Source: an uncultured Candidatus Binatia bacterium (lineage in GTDB: Bacteria; Desulfobacterota; Binatia; HRBIN30). Taken from it: a stretch of DNA of 64,000 nucleotides. Both the position numbers and the translations under genes were made by a program. The notes under the pieces were generated by a model. The model was not told where the DNA came from. It was given only the letters and a program-made list of their open reading frames with translations, and ran no database searches. The stretch is taken from contig CAZGEJ010000026.1 of the NCBI GenBank assembly GCA_964524885.1, positions 1,302-65,301 on the forward strand, read 5' to 3'. Position 1 is the stretch's first letter, and each line of letters begins with the position of its first letter. Shown piece after piece: positions 45,776 through 55,660 of the stretch.

Positions 45776-46666
45776 ATGACCGGGTCATCCGAGACGCTGC
45801 GTGGCCGGTATGTGCTGCTGACCGGCGCCAGTGAAGGGCTCGGCGCGGCGATCACCCAAACCCTCGTCGCTGCCGGCGCATCGCTCGCGGTGTGTGCCCG
45901 CCGCGAGGCACCCTTGGCGGCGTTGGTCGAACGACTCGCCCCCTCCCTCGGTCCGGAGCAACGTGTGCTGGCGTCCACCTGCGACGTCAGCCGCGCAGCG
46001 GACGTCGAGGCCTGGGTGACGCAGGCGCGCGATGCCTTTCCGCACATCGATGCCCTCATCAACAACGCCGCCGTGCTCGGCCCCATCGGCAACGTCGAAG
46101 ACAACGATGCCGCCCAGTGGCAGGAAACCTTCGCCGTCAATCTGTACGGCACCGTGACCACCTGCCGGGCCGTGCTCGGGCACTTCAAGGCGCGCGGCTA
46201 CGGCAAGATCGTCAACCTCGCCGGCGGCGGCGCCACCGCGCCGTTGCCGAACGGCAGCGCCTACGGCACCTCCAAGGCCGCCGTCGCCCACTTCAGCGAG
46301 ACACTCGCCGCCGAGGTGCGGGGCAGCGGCATCGACGTCAACGCCGTCAGCCCGGGCACCATGAACACACGCATGACCCGGACCGTACTCGCCGCGGGCC
46401 CGGCACGGGTGGGCGGCGAGCAGCACGCCCGCCTGCTCGAGGCCGTGACGCAAGGAGAGGCGACGATGCAGCGGGCTGCGTCTCTGTGCGCTTGGCTCTG
46501 CTCCGCCGCCAGCGACGGCATCAGCGGCCGCTTACTGGCCGCCGCATGGGATCCGTGGGAGAGCCTGGCGGCGCGGCGCGAGGAACTCGCCGGCACCGAC
46601 ATCTACACTTTGCGCCGCATTCTGCCGGGCGACCGCGGTCGGCAGTGGAATGGGAGAGAAGGCTAA
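45776..46666 (+). CDS. Short-chain dehydrogenase/reductase (SDR).
   Basis: LLTGASEGLGAAI (TGxxxGxG). NNAAV. YGTSKAAV (YxxxK). Confidence 0.8.
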   Translation: MTGSSETLRGRYVLLTGASEGLGAAITQTLVAAGASLAVCARREAPLAALVERLAPSLGPEQRVLASTCDVSRAADVEAWVTQARDAFPHIDALINNAAVLGPIGNVEDNDAAQWQETFAVNLYGTVTTCRAVLGHFKARGYGKIVNLAGGGATAPLPNGSAYGTSKAAVAHFSETLAAEVRGSGIDVNAVSPGTMNTRMTRTVLAAGPARVGGEQHARLLEAVTQGEATMQRAASLCAWLCSAASDGISGRLLAAAWDPWESLAARREELAGTDIYTLRRILPGDRGRQWNGREG

Positions 46667-46691
46667 GGCTAAGGCTTAGGCTGAGGCTCAG
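46658..46691. repeat. AGGCTNA heptamer array GAAGGCTAAGGCTAAGGCTTAGGCTGAGGCTCAG overlapping the SDR stop codon.
   Basis: Tandem 6-7-nt units seen directly. Same family as 48936-49047 and 50499-50571. Confidence 0.75.
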
Positions 46692-46850
46692 ACGCGCCGA
46701 GATGCTTGCTTGGGGCGTGCATTGAGGTGGTGCGCGGCTTGGGAAGGGTCACCTACCCTGGGTCTGGAGTTTGGCCACTTTCATGAATATCTGACCCCTC
46801 TGCCCTGCGGTGCGAGGGTAGGGGTGAGGGGACGTCTAGGAGAAGGGGAC

Positions 46851-46867
46851 AGTCCCCTTTGCTGTCG
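46851..46867. repeat. Intergenic copy of the 17-bp palindrome AAGGGGACAGTCCCCTT.
   Basis: Identical core to the menD-internal copy. Located 185 nt after the SDR stop. Confidence 0.8.
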
Positions 46868-47138
46868 ACCAGCAGCACCGGCACCTTGTCGCGCCGCCCG
46901 TTGGCCCGCACGATCAGCCGCACACCTTACGCGCACCCTCCCGCAGATCCGTCCCGAGTCCGAACTTGTGGTACCGACAGAAATTCCGCAGGAACTGTTC
47001 GAAGTTGAGACAGAGATCGTCGGCCGCTTTGTCGAGCGGCAAATGTTCCGTCTGCGCCAGGATGCACGGAATCTGGGGAGCTCCCGCCCCCCAGACCCCC
47101 GAAAAAATCAGCAAATCGACACATGACCGAATGTGCGA

Positions 47139-48350
47139 TCACGAGCCGCCGCGAACTGCGCGGACGTAGCTTTCGCCGGTCTTGACGTACACGCTCACGA
47201 CGCCGTCGAGGAAGGTGACGACCGACGCGTTGGCTGGACCCGTCCCATAGGTAGAGGCCGACCAGTAACCGTCGGGCTTGGTGCACGAGCACGCCGGGTC
47301 GTTCACGTCGGTGCACGCTGCCCCACACGACGCGCCCAGGAACGCAGCGTCGACGACGGGAGAAGTCGTACTCGCCAGGTCGAGAATCCCCTCCAACTCG
47401 AACCGCGTCGGCACCCGCCAATCATTGTGCCCCCCGTAGTTGGCCGCGTTCAGGGCTGCCACCAGCTGCCATATGGTTCCGTTCGGCGTCACCGTACACG
47501 TGCCCTCGCCACCGGTGCACTGCGCACATCCCGCCGGATCGCCTTCGACGCCGGCCAAACAGGCCGCTTCCGATGCCGCATCCGGCTGACAAAGTTTGCG
47601 CGTGGTCACAGAACAGCTCCCGGACCAACGGTAGGAATTATCCGCGTCCTGGCGGTTGGCGAGGTCAAGCGTAAAGTCCATCTCGACCTTCTTCTCCCAC
47701 GTCAGCCCCGTGTCGTTGTCGGTGATCGTGCCGTTGGCGTTGTCGACGAAGCGGGCGGCGTAACACTTGCTCGTGTCGTAGACGCAGCCGGCGCCGCAGC
47801 CCAGCACTCCGCCGGCGAAACCCTCTCCGGCGCAGGTGCCGCCGGCGAGGTTGCCTTGGTCGCAATCCTCGCCTGCATCGACGACTGCGTCACCGCAGCC
47901 GCTCAACCCCTCGCCCGCCAGCCCAGCGGCGACGTTGGCGACATGCTCGTCGACCGCGTCCTGGATGTCGCTCGACGCCAAACCGTCCGGACACGGATCA
48001 CCGGCATCGACAGCCTTCTGGGTCAACGAGTCCCACTTGCCGTTGAACTTACTCAGACACTTGCCGACCGTCGCGGTGTACTTGTCGGTATCTCCCTGAC
48101 TCTTGGCGCAGGTCTCGCTGATGGGGCAATCGCCGTCGGCGTAACACTCCGTCGCCGTCGTCAGCGAGCAGGTGCCCGCCGCTTTCAGCAGCTTGGCCTC
48201 GGCCTTGGACAAGCAGGAGGCATATTTGCCCGCCTCCTGATTCTTCGCCGACTGACATTTGCGCCCCGGCGACGGCGCCGCCGCCGCCGCACTCGCCCCG
48301 AGCAGGAGCAACATGCCCCCCAGTACAGCCGCACGCATTCCATCTCGCAT
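47139..48350 (-). CDS. Secreted Cys-rich DUF1566 protein, third paralogue.
   Basis: Shine-Dalgarno GGAGGA embedded before the ATG (MRDGMRAAVLGGMLLLLGASAAAAA signal). C-terminal DWRVPTRFELEGIL...YWSASTY...YVRAVRGGS. Same CQSAK...ASCLSKAEAK N-terminal module as the 21-24 kb pair. Confidence 0.75.
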   Translation of the reverse strand: MRDGMRAAVLGGMLLLLGASAAAAAPSPGRKCQSAKNQEAGKYASCLSKAEAKLLKAAGTCSLTTATECYADGDCPISETCAKSQGDTDKYTATVGKCLSKFNGKWDSLTQKAVDAGDPCPDGLASSDIQDAVDEHVANVAAGLAGEGLSGCGDAVVDAGEDCDQGNLAGGTCAGEGFAGGVLGCGAGCVYDTSKCYAARFVDNANGTITDNDTGLTWEKKVEMDFTLDLANRQDADNSYRWSGSCSVTTRKLCQPDAASEAACLAGVEGDPAGCAQCTGGEGTCTVTPNGTIWQLVAALNAANYGGHNDWRVPTRFELEGILDLASTTSPVVDAAFLGASCGAACTDVNDPACSCTKPDGYWSASTYGTGPANASVVTFLDGVVSVYVKTGESYVRAVRGGS

Positions 48351-48935
48351 GAATCGATCCTCCATCGAAGTGAGTTGTGGGACGTAGAAAACCAAGCCGC
48401 TGCCGCAGGGCCGGCGAGCCCTAGCGAGACGGTCCGCACATGGACCATCCCACCCGCGCCATCCCGCCGGACGCTGCAGGGACTTGCATTGAAGAGAAAG
48501 AGCGCGCGCGCAAAACGTGCACCGGGCGAGCGGCGCGGATCGGCGTGAGGCTCGCCGCACCGGCTGGCGCAGGCATGACGATCGCGTCGACGCCGACGAA
48601 CAGGCGCTCGAACCGGTCCAGGCCCAGGCTTCCCCAGGTAACGCCCTCTTTCATATTACTGTTGACTAACCCACCCGTCAGGCCGGCGTCAACGAAGTCG
48701 TCCGCTCGACAGCTGCCGTCTCCGCCAAGGAGGATGGTCGCCCTCCACAGAGCTGTCCTTGGTTTTGGCCATGTTTCCCAGGGCGTTGCCCTTGGCTGTC
48801 ATGGCGCTGCCCCGTTGGTGCGTCTGCACCAGGGATGTTCGTATCCGGGTTGCAGCGCCGGCGCTGGCGCAACGGGCTCAGCCTCGCGCAAACGGCCGCA
48901 GCCCTCGGCACCTGGAGGCGCCATGCTGACGGCAC

Positions 48936-49047
48936 AAGGCTAAAGGCTAGAGGCTAGAGGCTGAAGGCCTATTCCTCATGCCCTGACGTTCGAGCGTTGA
49001 GCCTTTCGCCTTGAGCTTTGAGCTTTGAGCTTTGAGCTTTGAGCCTC
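48936..49047. repeat. Imperfect long hairpin element: AAGGCTAAAGGCTAGAGGCTAGAGGCTGAAGGCC ... (GAGCTTT)x4 GAGCCTC, immediately 3' of the LLM gene.
   Basis: The left arm holds AGGCTNA units. The right arm holds four tandem CTTTGAG units (the reverse-complement class). It ends 10 nt before the LLM stop at 49057. Confidence 0.75.
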
Positions 49048-49056
49048 CAACCCGCC

Positions 49057-49962
49057 TCACTCGAACACCGCCATCACCTCGGCCACGGCGTCGAGCTGGC
49101 CGCCGCGGGTCGAGGACGGCACCAGGATGGGGGTCTTCAGGCCGGTGGCGTACCAGGCCTCGACGCCGTCGCGCACTTCCTTGGCCGAGCCGAAGAGGGT
49201 GCAGTCGGCCAGCCAGCGGTCGCTCATCAAACCCGGCAGGCTGTCGTAATCGCGCTTGGCGATGGCGGCCTGCATGGCGCGCATCTCTTCCTCGTAGCCG
49301 GCCTCGATCCAGTAGTTCTGGTAGTTGGGGAGAATGACGTAACCCGTCAGCGTCTTGCGCATGACGGCCGCCGCCGCGGCGCGGTCGTCGTCGACACAGG
49401 TCGGGATCATGTTGCCGGTGAAGAAGCCGTCGCGACGCCCCGCCTCGCCGAGGAACCCGAGCGAAGTCGGCATGTGCGAGCGCGCCGCGTTGGCCCACAC
49501 CGCGCCGTCGCCGATTTCGGCGGCCAGTTCCGCCATCTTGCGGCGCAGCGTCGCCAACACCACCGGCGGCAGATCCCCCCAACGGTTGGCTCCTTCGCGC
49601 AATTGCGTGACGAAGCTGCGCACGTCCGCCAGCGGCTTGCCGGTGTTGAGGCCGAGACGGCGATTCACCGGGTCGTGGCTGATGCCGATGCCTAAACGGA
49701 AACGTCCGCCCGACACTTCGTGCAGAAAGGTTGCCGTCAGGGCGTAGTCGTGTGGATGGCGGGTGTAGATGTTGGCGATCGCCGTGCCTACGTGCAGGGT
49801 CTGGGTGCGCAGCGCCATCGCCTCGCACAAGCCGATGCCGTCGCCGAAGCTCGGACAGTACACACCGGAAAAACCGCGCCGCTCGATCTCGGCGGAAAGT
49901 TGGATGGTGGCGAGACGACGGCCGCGCATGGCGGCGAGGCTGAGGGCGGGTTTGCTTTGCAT
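49057..49962 (-). CDS. LLM-class (luciferase-like) flavin/F420-dependent oxidoreductase.
   Basis: 301-aa TIM-barrel LLM-like sequence: FRLGIGISHDP...LGFLGEAG. Confidence 0.7.
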   Translation of the reverse strand: MQSKPALSLAAMRGRRLATIQLSAEIERRGFSGVYCPSFGDGIGLCEAMALRTQTLHVGTAIANIYTRHPHDYALTATFLHEVSGGRFRLGIGISHDPVNRRLGLNTGKPLADVRSFVTQLREGANRWGDLPPVVLATLRRKMAELAAEIGDGAVWANAARSHMPTSLGFLGEAGRRDGFFTGNMIPTCVDDDRAAAAAVMRKTLTGYVILPNYQNYWIEAGYEEEMRAMQAAIAKRDYDSLPGLMSDRWLADCTLFGSAKEVRDGVEAWYATGLKTPILVPSSTRGGQLDAVAEVMAVFE

Positions 49963-50498
49963 CGGCGCTCTCTACGGCGCCCGCCGCAGCGAGGCAAGCC
50001 CGCGCGAATGTCGCAGCCGCGCCAGTGTGCCAGGCACGAACTTGCAACTCGGTCATGGTTCGGCCCGAGCGCGCTGCCAGCTGTAAGCGCGACGGCGCGA
50101 AGAAATTGGCACGCGGCGTGCTTTTGATCTGAGTCGAAACGAGGATCGAGACAGCGACGGCCAAGGCGGTCGCCGCCAACTCGGTCCCCCACGCCCAGGG
50201 TGTGCGGCGCGAAAGGAGGAATCTTCTTTCCTATGAGGAGTATCCACGTTTCGAGCTGACGGACGCGGCCTTCCCTGCGTCCGTGAAATCAGGTGCGACG
50301 CGGACTCGCCCGCTTCGCCCGCCCTCCCCCCCACGGTGTCCCGGCGGGCGAGTCCGGCGTCCCATCTGATCTGCCTGCGTCGTCCCCCCTCACGCAGGTC
50401 TGTCGAAGAGGCCCTCGGTCGGCACACACACCCGCCCTCCCCCCCACGGTGTCCGGTGTGCCGCCCCGAGGGCTTCGTCGTGTCCAGCGCTGCGCGCT

Positions 50499-50571
50499 GG
50501 TAGGCTGAGGCTCAGGCTAAGGCTGAGGCTTAGCCTGAGCCTTTGCCTCAGACTTAGCCTTCTTCCCTACC
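50499..50571. repeat. Palindromic heptamer element GGTAGGCTGAGGCTCAGGCTAAGGCTGAGGCTTAGCCTGAGCCTTTGCCTCAGACTTAGCCTTCTTCCCTACC upstream of the cbbQ-like gene.
   Basis: AGGCTCAGGCTAA at 50508-50520 versus TTAGCCTGAGCCT at 50529-50541, and GGTAGG versus CCTACC at the ends, are reverse complements. Confidence 0.75.
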
Positions 50572-50582
50572 TTGACTCGACA

Positions 50583-51458
50583 GTGGAATTCTCGCAGCGT
50601 CAGGCGATCCGTCGCGGCCCGCCGCAATCCCGGATCAGGAGCCGAACCGTGCCCGCATCGCCCTATTACCTCCCCGTCGGCGACGAGGTCGAGGTCTTCA
50701 CCGCCGCCTACAACTGCCGCCTTCCCATCCTACTCAAAGGCCCGACCGGCTGCGGCAAGACGCGCTTCGTCGAGCACATGGCCCACCGCCTCCTGCACGG
50801 CGACGCCCCCAGCAGCGACGACGCCACCGACGTCATCACCGTCGCCTGCCACGAGGACCTCACCGGCAGCGACCTCGTCGGCCGCTACCTCATCAAGGGC
50901 GACGAGACCGTGTGGATGGACGGCCCGCTGACCCAGGCCGTGCGCAACGGCCGCATCTGCTACCTCGACGAGATCGTCGAAGCGCGTAAGGACACCATCG
51001 TCCTCATCCACCCGCTCACCGACCACCGCCGCATCCTGCCGATCGACAAGAAGGGCGAGATCATCGAAGCCCACCCCGACTTCCTCCTCGTGATCTCCTA
51101 CAACCCCGGCTACCAAAGCGTGCTCAAGGACCTGAAACACTCGACCCGCCAACGCTTCGTCACCATCGACTTCGACTACCCGCCGCGCGACAAAGAAGCC
51201 CAGATCGTCGCCCACGAGAGCGGCGTCGACATGGAGACCGCCCTCAGCCTGGCCAAGCTCGGCGAGCGGGTACGTCACCTCAAGGCGAACGGGCTCGAGG
51301 AGGGGGTCAGCACCCGTCTGCTCATCTATGCCGGCCAGCTGGTGAAGCAGGGCCTGGCACCGCGCCGCGCCTGTCGCGTCGCCGTCAGCACCTCGCTCAC
51401 CGATGACGCCGAGGCGCAAAACGCCATCGACGCCATGGTCGCGTCGGTCTTCGCCTGA
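50583..51458 (+). CDS. CbbQ/NorQ/NirQ-family MoxR AAA+ ATPase.
   Basis: YYLPVGDEVEVFTAAYNCRLPILLKGPTGCGKTRFVEHMAHRL ... ICYLDEIVEARKDT ... near-canonical CbbQ. The true start may be a non-ATG codon upstream of the listed M. Confidence 0.85.
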   Translation: MEFSQRQAIRRGPPQSRIRSRTVPASPYYLPVGDEVEVFTAAYNCRLPILLKGPTGCGKTRFVEHMAHRLLHGDAPSSDDATDVITVACHEDLTGSDLVGRYLIKGDETVWMDGPLTQAVRNGRICYLDEIVEARKDTIVLIHPLTDHRRILPIDKKGEIIEAHPDFLLVISYNPGYQSVLKDLKHSTRQRFVTIDFDYPPRDKEAQIVAHESGVDMETALSLAKLGERVRHLKANGLEEGVSTRLLIYAGQLVKQGLAPRRACRVAVSTSLTDDAEAQNAIDAMVASVFA

Positions 51459-51481
51459 GTGCTGCTCGGCTCGCGAACGGC

Positions 51482-54400
51482 ATGGTGACGCGACAGCTTT
51501 GGTTCGATTCGCACCTGCTCGGCGAGCGCGCCGGCAAGCAGGCGAAAGCGGCCGCCGAACAGCTCGGCGTCGAGGCGCACGAGGCGATCCTGCGCCTTGG
51601 CGACGCCATCGCCGAGGTTTCGGCCGCAGTGGCGCAGCGCTACTACCTGCGCGCCGCCGCCGTCTGGGAGGGCCTCGGCGAGGCCGCCTTCCGGCGTTGG
51701 GCCGACGACGGCTACGAGTTTCTCGGCGGCGATGCGCCGCAGCGCGAATCGGCGCTCGCCTACTTCTCCTTGCCGGCGAAGATCGCCGTCGCGGTCGGCG
51801 GCGACACGATCGCCCACTGGTGTCGGCTCGGTCGCGAACTGAGCGCGCTGGGGCGCAAACTCGGTGCCGGCTTCCTCGAAGGCACGGCGCCGTTGCTCGA
51901 TCGGGTCGATCTCGCCCATCTTCAAGCGTGGGCCGACACCGGGCGTGAGCTGAATCGCCACGACGGGTGGCGCGGCGAATTGGCGGCGCGAGCTTTCTTC
52001 GGTGCTGCGCCCGTCGCCCTGCCCGTGCTCGCCGTCGACGAACTCGCCGCGTGGGGCGGGTTGGCGCGCCGCCTTCACCCCGCGGCGCGCGAGAGCGACG
52101 TCTTCGGCGCCTTGCCCGATGGCTTCCATTTGCTGCGCGGCGACGATCGGCAGCACCTCTTCGCCATCACCTATGCCGCCGCCGCGATCAGCCCGAAAGA
52201 CGGCTGGTTCGTCTATCGCGAGTTGCCCGCCGCCGTGCGCCGCTTGCATCCTCCCATCCGCAGCAAGCTGTTGGCGCTGCTGGCGCAAGCGGCCCGCGGC
52301 GCCGCCGCCGAGTTGCGCGACATCGTGGCGGTATCGGCGGCGTTGACGCAGGACATTCCGCGCGCCCATCGGCAAGCGGCTCTCGATCTCGGCATCCGGG
52401 CCGCGACGGCCTTCCCGCTCGGCGGCATCGCCTTGTTGCGGTCGTTGCCGACGGCCTACGAGGATGCCGCGCCCGACGCGGTCGAACGCTGGGTCGAACG
52501 CGGCCTGCAGATCGCCGCCGACAACAGCGAGGCCGGCAAGGCGTATTTCGCGCTCGAATCGCGCACCAGCGTGCAGGTGCTGCACGCGTCGTCGACCGCC
52601 GCCGTGCTCAACGACGTCCAGGGCCTGCTGCGCAAGTACGTGCAGATGATCAGCGGCCGCCCCGCCTCGATCCGCGGCGTCAGCGGCAGCCGCTTGCGCC
52701 CGGAACTCGAGGAGTTCCCGCTCGAAGACGAGATCGCCCTGCCGCTCAAAGTCGATCGTTTCGCCACCCACGAGGACAACTGCCGCCTCTATCGTTTCCT
52801 CGCGGCCCAGGTCGCCGGGCGGCGCGTGCATGCCACCTACGCCGCCAAGCGGCCGGCCGAGGAAGGGCGCAGCCTCTACGACTTTCTCATCGACCCCGAG
52901 AAACCGATGGTGCTCGAGGATCTCTTCTTGCTGGCCGAGGGCTACCGCGTCGCCCACGCCCTCGGGCGCGAGTTCCCCGGCCTCGCCTTCGAGCAGGTCG
53001 ACCTGGCCCACGCCGTCCTCGACCGCGTCGACCCGAACGACCCGCCGCCGCCGGCCATCCTGTTCGACCTCGCCTTGGCCGCGGCGCTCGCCCAACGTCC
53101 GGTGGCCCGCTTGCCGCGCTGGCTCCAGCCCTTCGTCAGCGTCACCGGACCTCTGCTCGTACCGCTGTCGCTGCCCAGCGCCACCGTCGACGACGCGCTC
53201 ACGGTGGCCGAGGCCCTCACCGAGGAACTCGCCAAACGCGGCGAGGTGCGCGGCGAGGCGACGCCCAACGAACTCGCCTTCGAACGCCTCACCGGCGAAG
53301 CGATCTACGACATGTTCACCGACGACGACGGCCCGAGCGTGCAAGGCTCCGGGCCATCGGCCAAGGCGGACACGCCCACGCCGGCGGAACGCGAAGCCCT
53401 CGACATGCCGATGCAACTCGACGACGAGGTCGAGGAAGAACCGAGCGGCACCGGCGCGCCGATGTCCCCCGAGGAGTTGCAGGCGCTCATCGATGCGGGC
53501 GCCGACCTGCGCCTCAAACAAGGGCGCGGCGAAGAGGCGGAAGGCCTCGGCCTCTACATCAGCGACCTCATCGGCAAGCTACCGCAAGATCAGATCCAAC
53601 AGATGCAGCGCCTGCTCGGCGACACCAGCCGCGGCGACAAGGCGACGGCCCGGCGCTGGCTCGATCGGCGCGCCGAGGGCGCGACCTTCTATTACGACGA
53701 ATGGGACTACCACATCGGCGATTACCGCGAGCGCTGGTGTCGCTTGCTCGAAATCCCGGTGAGCGGCGACTCCGGCGAGTTCTTTCAACAGACCCTCGTC
53801 GATCACGCCGAACTCATCCCCGAGGTCCGCCGTCAGTTTCAGAAAATCCGCCCGGAGATGTATCGCGTCGTCCGCGGCCTCGAGGACGGTGAAGACTTCG
53901 ACCTCAACGCCGTGATCGACGCGCGGGTCGACCGGCGCGCCGGCCGTTCACCGTCGCCGCGCCTCTACACCGCGCGTCAACGTGAAGAGCGCGACGTCGC
54001 CACCCTCTTCCTCATCGACCTGAGCGCCTCCACCGACGAACCCTTCGAGAAGGTGCATCCGGAGGAAGTCGAGGAAGACACCCTGAGCGCCTTTCGCGCG
54101 CCCATGGGCGCGCCGCGCAAGAAGCAGCGGCGCATCATCGACGTCACCAAGGAGGCACTCGTCATCATGGCGGCGGCGCTGGAGGAAATCGGCGACGCCT
54201 ACGCCATCTACGGCTTCTCCGGACATGGGCGGAAGAACGTCGAGTTCTACATGGTGAAGGGCTTCAACGAGGGACTCTCGGGCGTCGTGCGCGGCCGCAT
54301 CGGCGCCATGGAGCCCAAGCGCAGCACGCGTATGGGAGCGGCGTTACGGCACGCGACGGAAAAGCTGGCGGCGGTGACCGCCCGATCGCGCCACATGATC

Positions 54401-54658
54401 CTGCTGAGCGACGGCTTCCCGCAGGACTTCGACTACGGCCAAGACCGTCGCAGCAACGTCTACGGCCTGCGCGACACGACGGTGGCCCTGCGCGAGGCCG
54501 AGGCGTCCGGCGTGCAGCCCTTCTGCATCACGGTCGACAAGGCCGGGCACGACTACCTGCGCGAGATGTGCGACACCACCCGCTACATGGTGATCGACGA
54601 CATCGCCTCGCTGCCGCGCGAATTGCCGAAGATCTACCAGCGGGTGGTCACTACCTGA
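51482..54658 (+). CDS. CbbO/NorD-like von Willebrand factor A domain protein (1058 aa), partner of the preceding AAA+ gene.
   Basis: C-terminal VWA: LFLIDLSASTDE (MIDAS DxSxS) ... MILLSDGFPQD. Position immediately after a CbbQ-like gene. Confidence 0.7.
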   Translation: MVTRQLWFDSHLLGERAGKQAKAAAEQLGVEAHEAILRLGDAIAEVSAAVAQRYYLRAAAVWEGLGEAAFRRWADDGYEFLGGDAPQRESALAYFSLPAKIAVAVGGDTIAHWCRLGRELSALGRKLGAGFLEGTAPLLDRVDLAHLQAWADTGRELNRHDGWRGELAARAFFGAAPVALPVLAVDELAAWGGLARRLHPAARESDVFGALPDGFHLLRGDDRQHLFAITYAAAAISPKDGWFVYRELPAAVRRLHPPIRSKLLALLAQAARGAAAELRDIVAVSAALTQDIPRAHRQAALDLGIRAATAFPLGGIALLRSLPTAYEDAAPDAVERWVERGLQIAADNSEAGKAYFALESRTSVQVLHASSTAAVLNDVQGLLRKYVQMISGRPASIRGVSGSRLRPELEEFPLEDEIALPLKVDRFATHEDNCRLYRFLAAQVAGRRVHATYAAKRPAEEGRSLYDFLIDPEKPMVLEDLFLLAEGYRVAHALGREFPGLAFEQVDLAHAVLDRVDPNDPPPPAILFDLALAAALAQRPVARLPRWLQPFVSVTGPLLVPLSLPSATVDDALTVAEALTEELAKRGEVRGEATPNELAFERLTGEAIYDMFTDDDGPSVQGSGPSAKADTPTPAEREALDMPMQLDDEVEEEPSGTGAPMSPEELQALIDAGADLRLKQGRGEEAEGLGLYISDLIGKLPQDQIQQMQRLLGDTSRGDKATARRWLDRRAEGATFYYDEWDYHIGDYRERWCRLLEIPVSGDSGEFFQQTLVDHAELIPEVRRQFQKIRPEMYRVVRGLEDGEDFDLNAVIDARVDRRAGRSPSPRLYTARQREERDVATLFLIDLSASTDEPFEKVHPEEVEEDTLSAFRAPMGAPRKKQRRIIDVTKEALVIMAAALEEIGDAYAIYGFSGHGRKNVEFYMVKGFNEGLSGVVRGRIGAMEPKRSTRMGAALRHATEKLAAVTARSRHMILLSDGFPQDFDYGQDRRSNVYGLRDTTVALREAEASGVQPFCITVDKAGHDYLREMCDTTRYMVIDDIASLPRELPKIYQRVVTT

Positions 54659-54682
54659 GCGAGCGTGCGCTGGCGCTCGCTC
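54657..54682 (+). terminator. GC-rich hairpin GAGCGAGCG-tgcgctgg-CGCTCGCTC overlapping the cbbO-like stop; candidate terminator.
   Basis: 9-bp perfect stem read from the sequence. There is no U-tract, so this is not a canonical intrinsic terminator. It is followed by the GGGCCAA repeat array. Confidence 0.3.
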
Positions 54683-54684
54683 GC

Positions 54685-54721
54685 AGGGCCAAGGGCCAAG
54701 GGGCAAGGGGCAAGGGCCAAG
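54685..54721. repeat. GGGCCAA/GGGGCAA heptamer array AGGGCCAAGGGCCAAGGGGCAAGGGGCAAGGGCCAAG between the convergent cbbO-like and hydroxylase genes.
   Basis: Five tandem 7-nt units seen directly. Confidence 0.8.
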
Positions 54722-54732
54722 AATGAGCGCGC

Positions 54733-55464
54733 TCAGCGGGCTTTTTCGAAGGTGCCGAAGAGTCGGTCGCAGACCGACAGCATGACCGAGATGTTGCGCG
54801 GTTCGCGGCGCGCGTGATGCAGGTCGTGCTCGCGTGAGGTCGCGAAGATCCAGTCGTAGACCGGCAGGCGATAGCCGCAGTGGGTGATCATGTTGACGGC
54901 GGTGACGAGGAACGCCCCCAGCGCGAACGTGAGCGGGTGGATGGGGAAGAGAATCCCGTAGATGTGGAAGCAAGTGAACACCGTAACGCCTTCGACCGGA
55001 TGCACGACCATGGCCGTCCATATCGTCAGGGGCGGCGTGTCGACGTGATGATAGTAGTGCACGTCCCGCATGTACCGCGGATGGTAGTGCTCGAGGCGAT
55101 GCCAGAAGTAGGAGACGAAGTCGCCGAGTAGGAAGTAAAGCAGCAGGTCGCGGCAAAACTCGAGCATCGTCGGTGCGGCGGTCGGGATGTTCGACAGCAG
55201 CGTCAGGGGAACGAGCCAAAGGAAAAGCATCGCCACGACGTAGAACGAGCCGTACCACTTCATGGCGCGCCAGTAGACGGCCCAGCATTGGGCGAGCGTC
55301 AGGCGCTTGCTGACGAAGACGTCGACAAAAGAGAAGACGATACCGGGCAAGTAGACGCCGGCCACCACCGCCGTGAGCAGAAACGCGGGGGAAGCGATGC
55401 CGGCGACGCCGAGGTGGCGCAGGCACCAGTCCCAAAGCGCTTGCAGCAGGCTGTCGGCTCCCAT
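54733..55464 (-). CDS. Fatty-acid hydroxylase / sterol desaturase superfamily membrane enzyme.
   Basis: His boxes HRLEHYH, HYYHH and HDLHH in a hydrophobic protein. The ATG at 55464 lies inside the track ORF. Confidence 0.75.
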   Translation of the reverse strand: MGADSLLQALWDWCLRHLGVAGIASPAFLLTAVVAGVYLPGIVFSFVDVFVSKRLTLAQCWAVYWRAMKWYGSFYVVAMLFLWLVPLTLLSNIPTAAPTMLEFCRDLLLYFLLGDFVSYFWHRLEHYHPRYMRDVHYYHHVDTPPLTIWTAMVVHPVEGVTVFTCFHIYGILFPIHPLTFALGAFLVTAVNMITHCGYRLPVYDWIFATSREHDLHHARREPRNISVMLSVCDRLFGTFEKAR

Positions 55465-55660
55465 GATTCCCTCCGTCCCCGACGTCGTCCGCGACTCCGC
55501 GACGCCGGAACCATACATGGACGCCCAGGAGGTACCTGGTCAACAGAAAACCGGTGGCGGGAACGAAGGGGGATCGATGGATTCCGGGCGGGAGGCGACG
55601 CCTGCGGATCGTGGGTGCATTCGATCCGCAGGCGTCGTCGGTGCTGGAAACGGGCTTGGC

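Noticed and set aside
46670-46690. (TTAGGC)-like telomere repeat resemblance in GGCTTAGGCTGAGGCT.
   Set aside because: This is a few units inside a clearly prokaryotic heptamer family whose units vary (AGGCTAA/AGGCTGA/AGGCTCA). Coincidental.
48440-48943. 167-aa plus-strand ORF in the long region upstream of the third DUF1566 gene.
   Set aside because: Pro/Arg/Ser-rich with no motif. More likely a non-coding promoter/leader. I also looked for sigma-70 hexamers around the AT-rich stretch at 48640-48670 and found nothing convincing.
46658-49047. Possibility that the tandem short repeats are a CRISPR array.
   Set aside because: The period is 6-7 nt, there are no spacers, and the arms are mutually complementary. 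I could not find any ~30-40-nt repeat/spacer array in the window by eye; the array for the csm operon is probably left of position 1.
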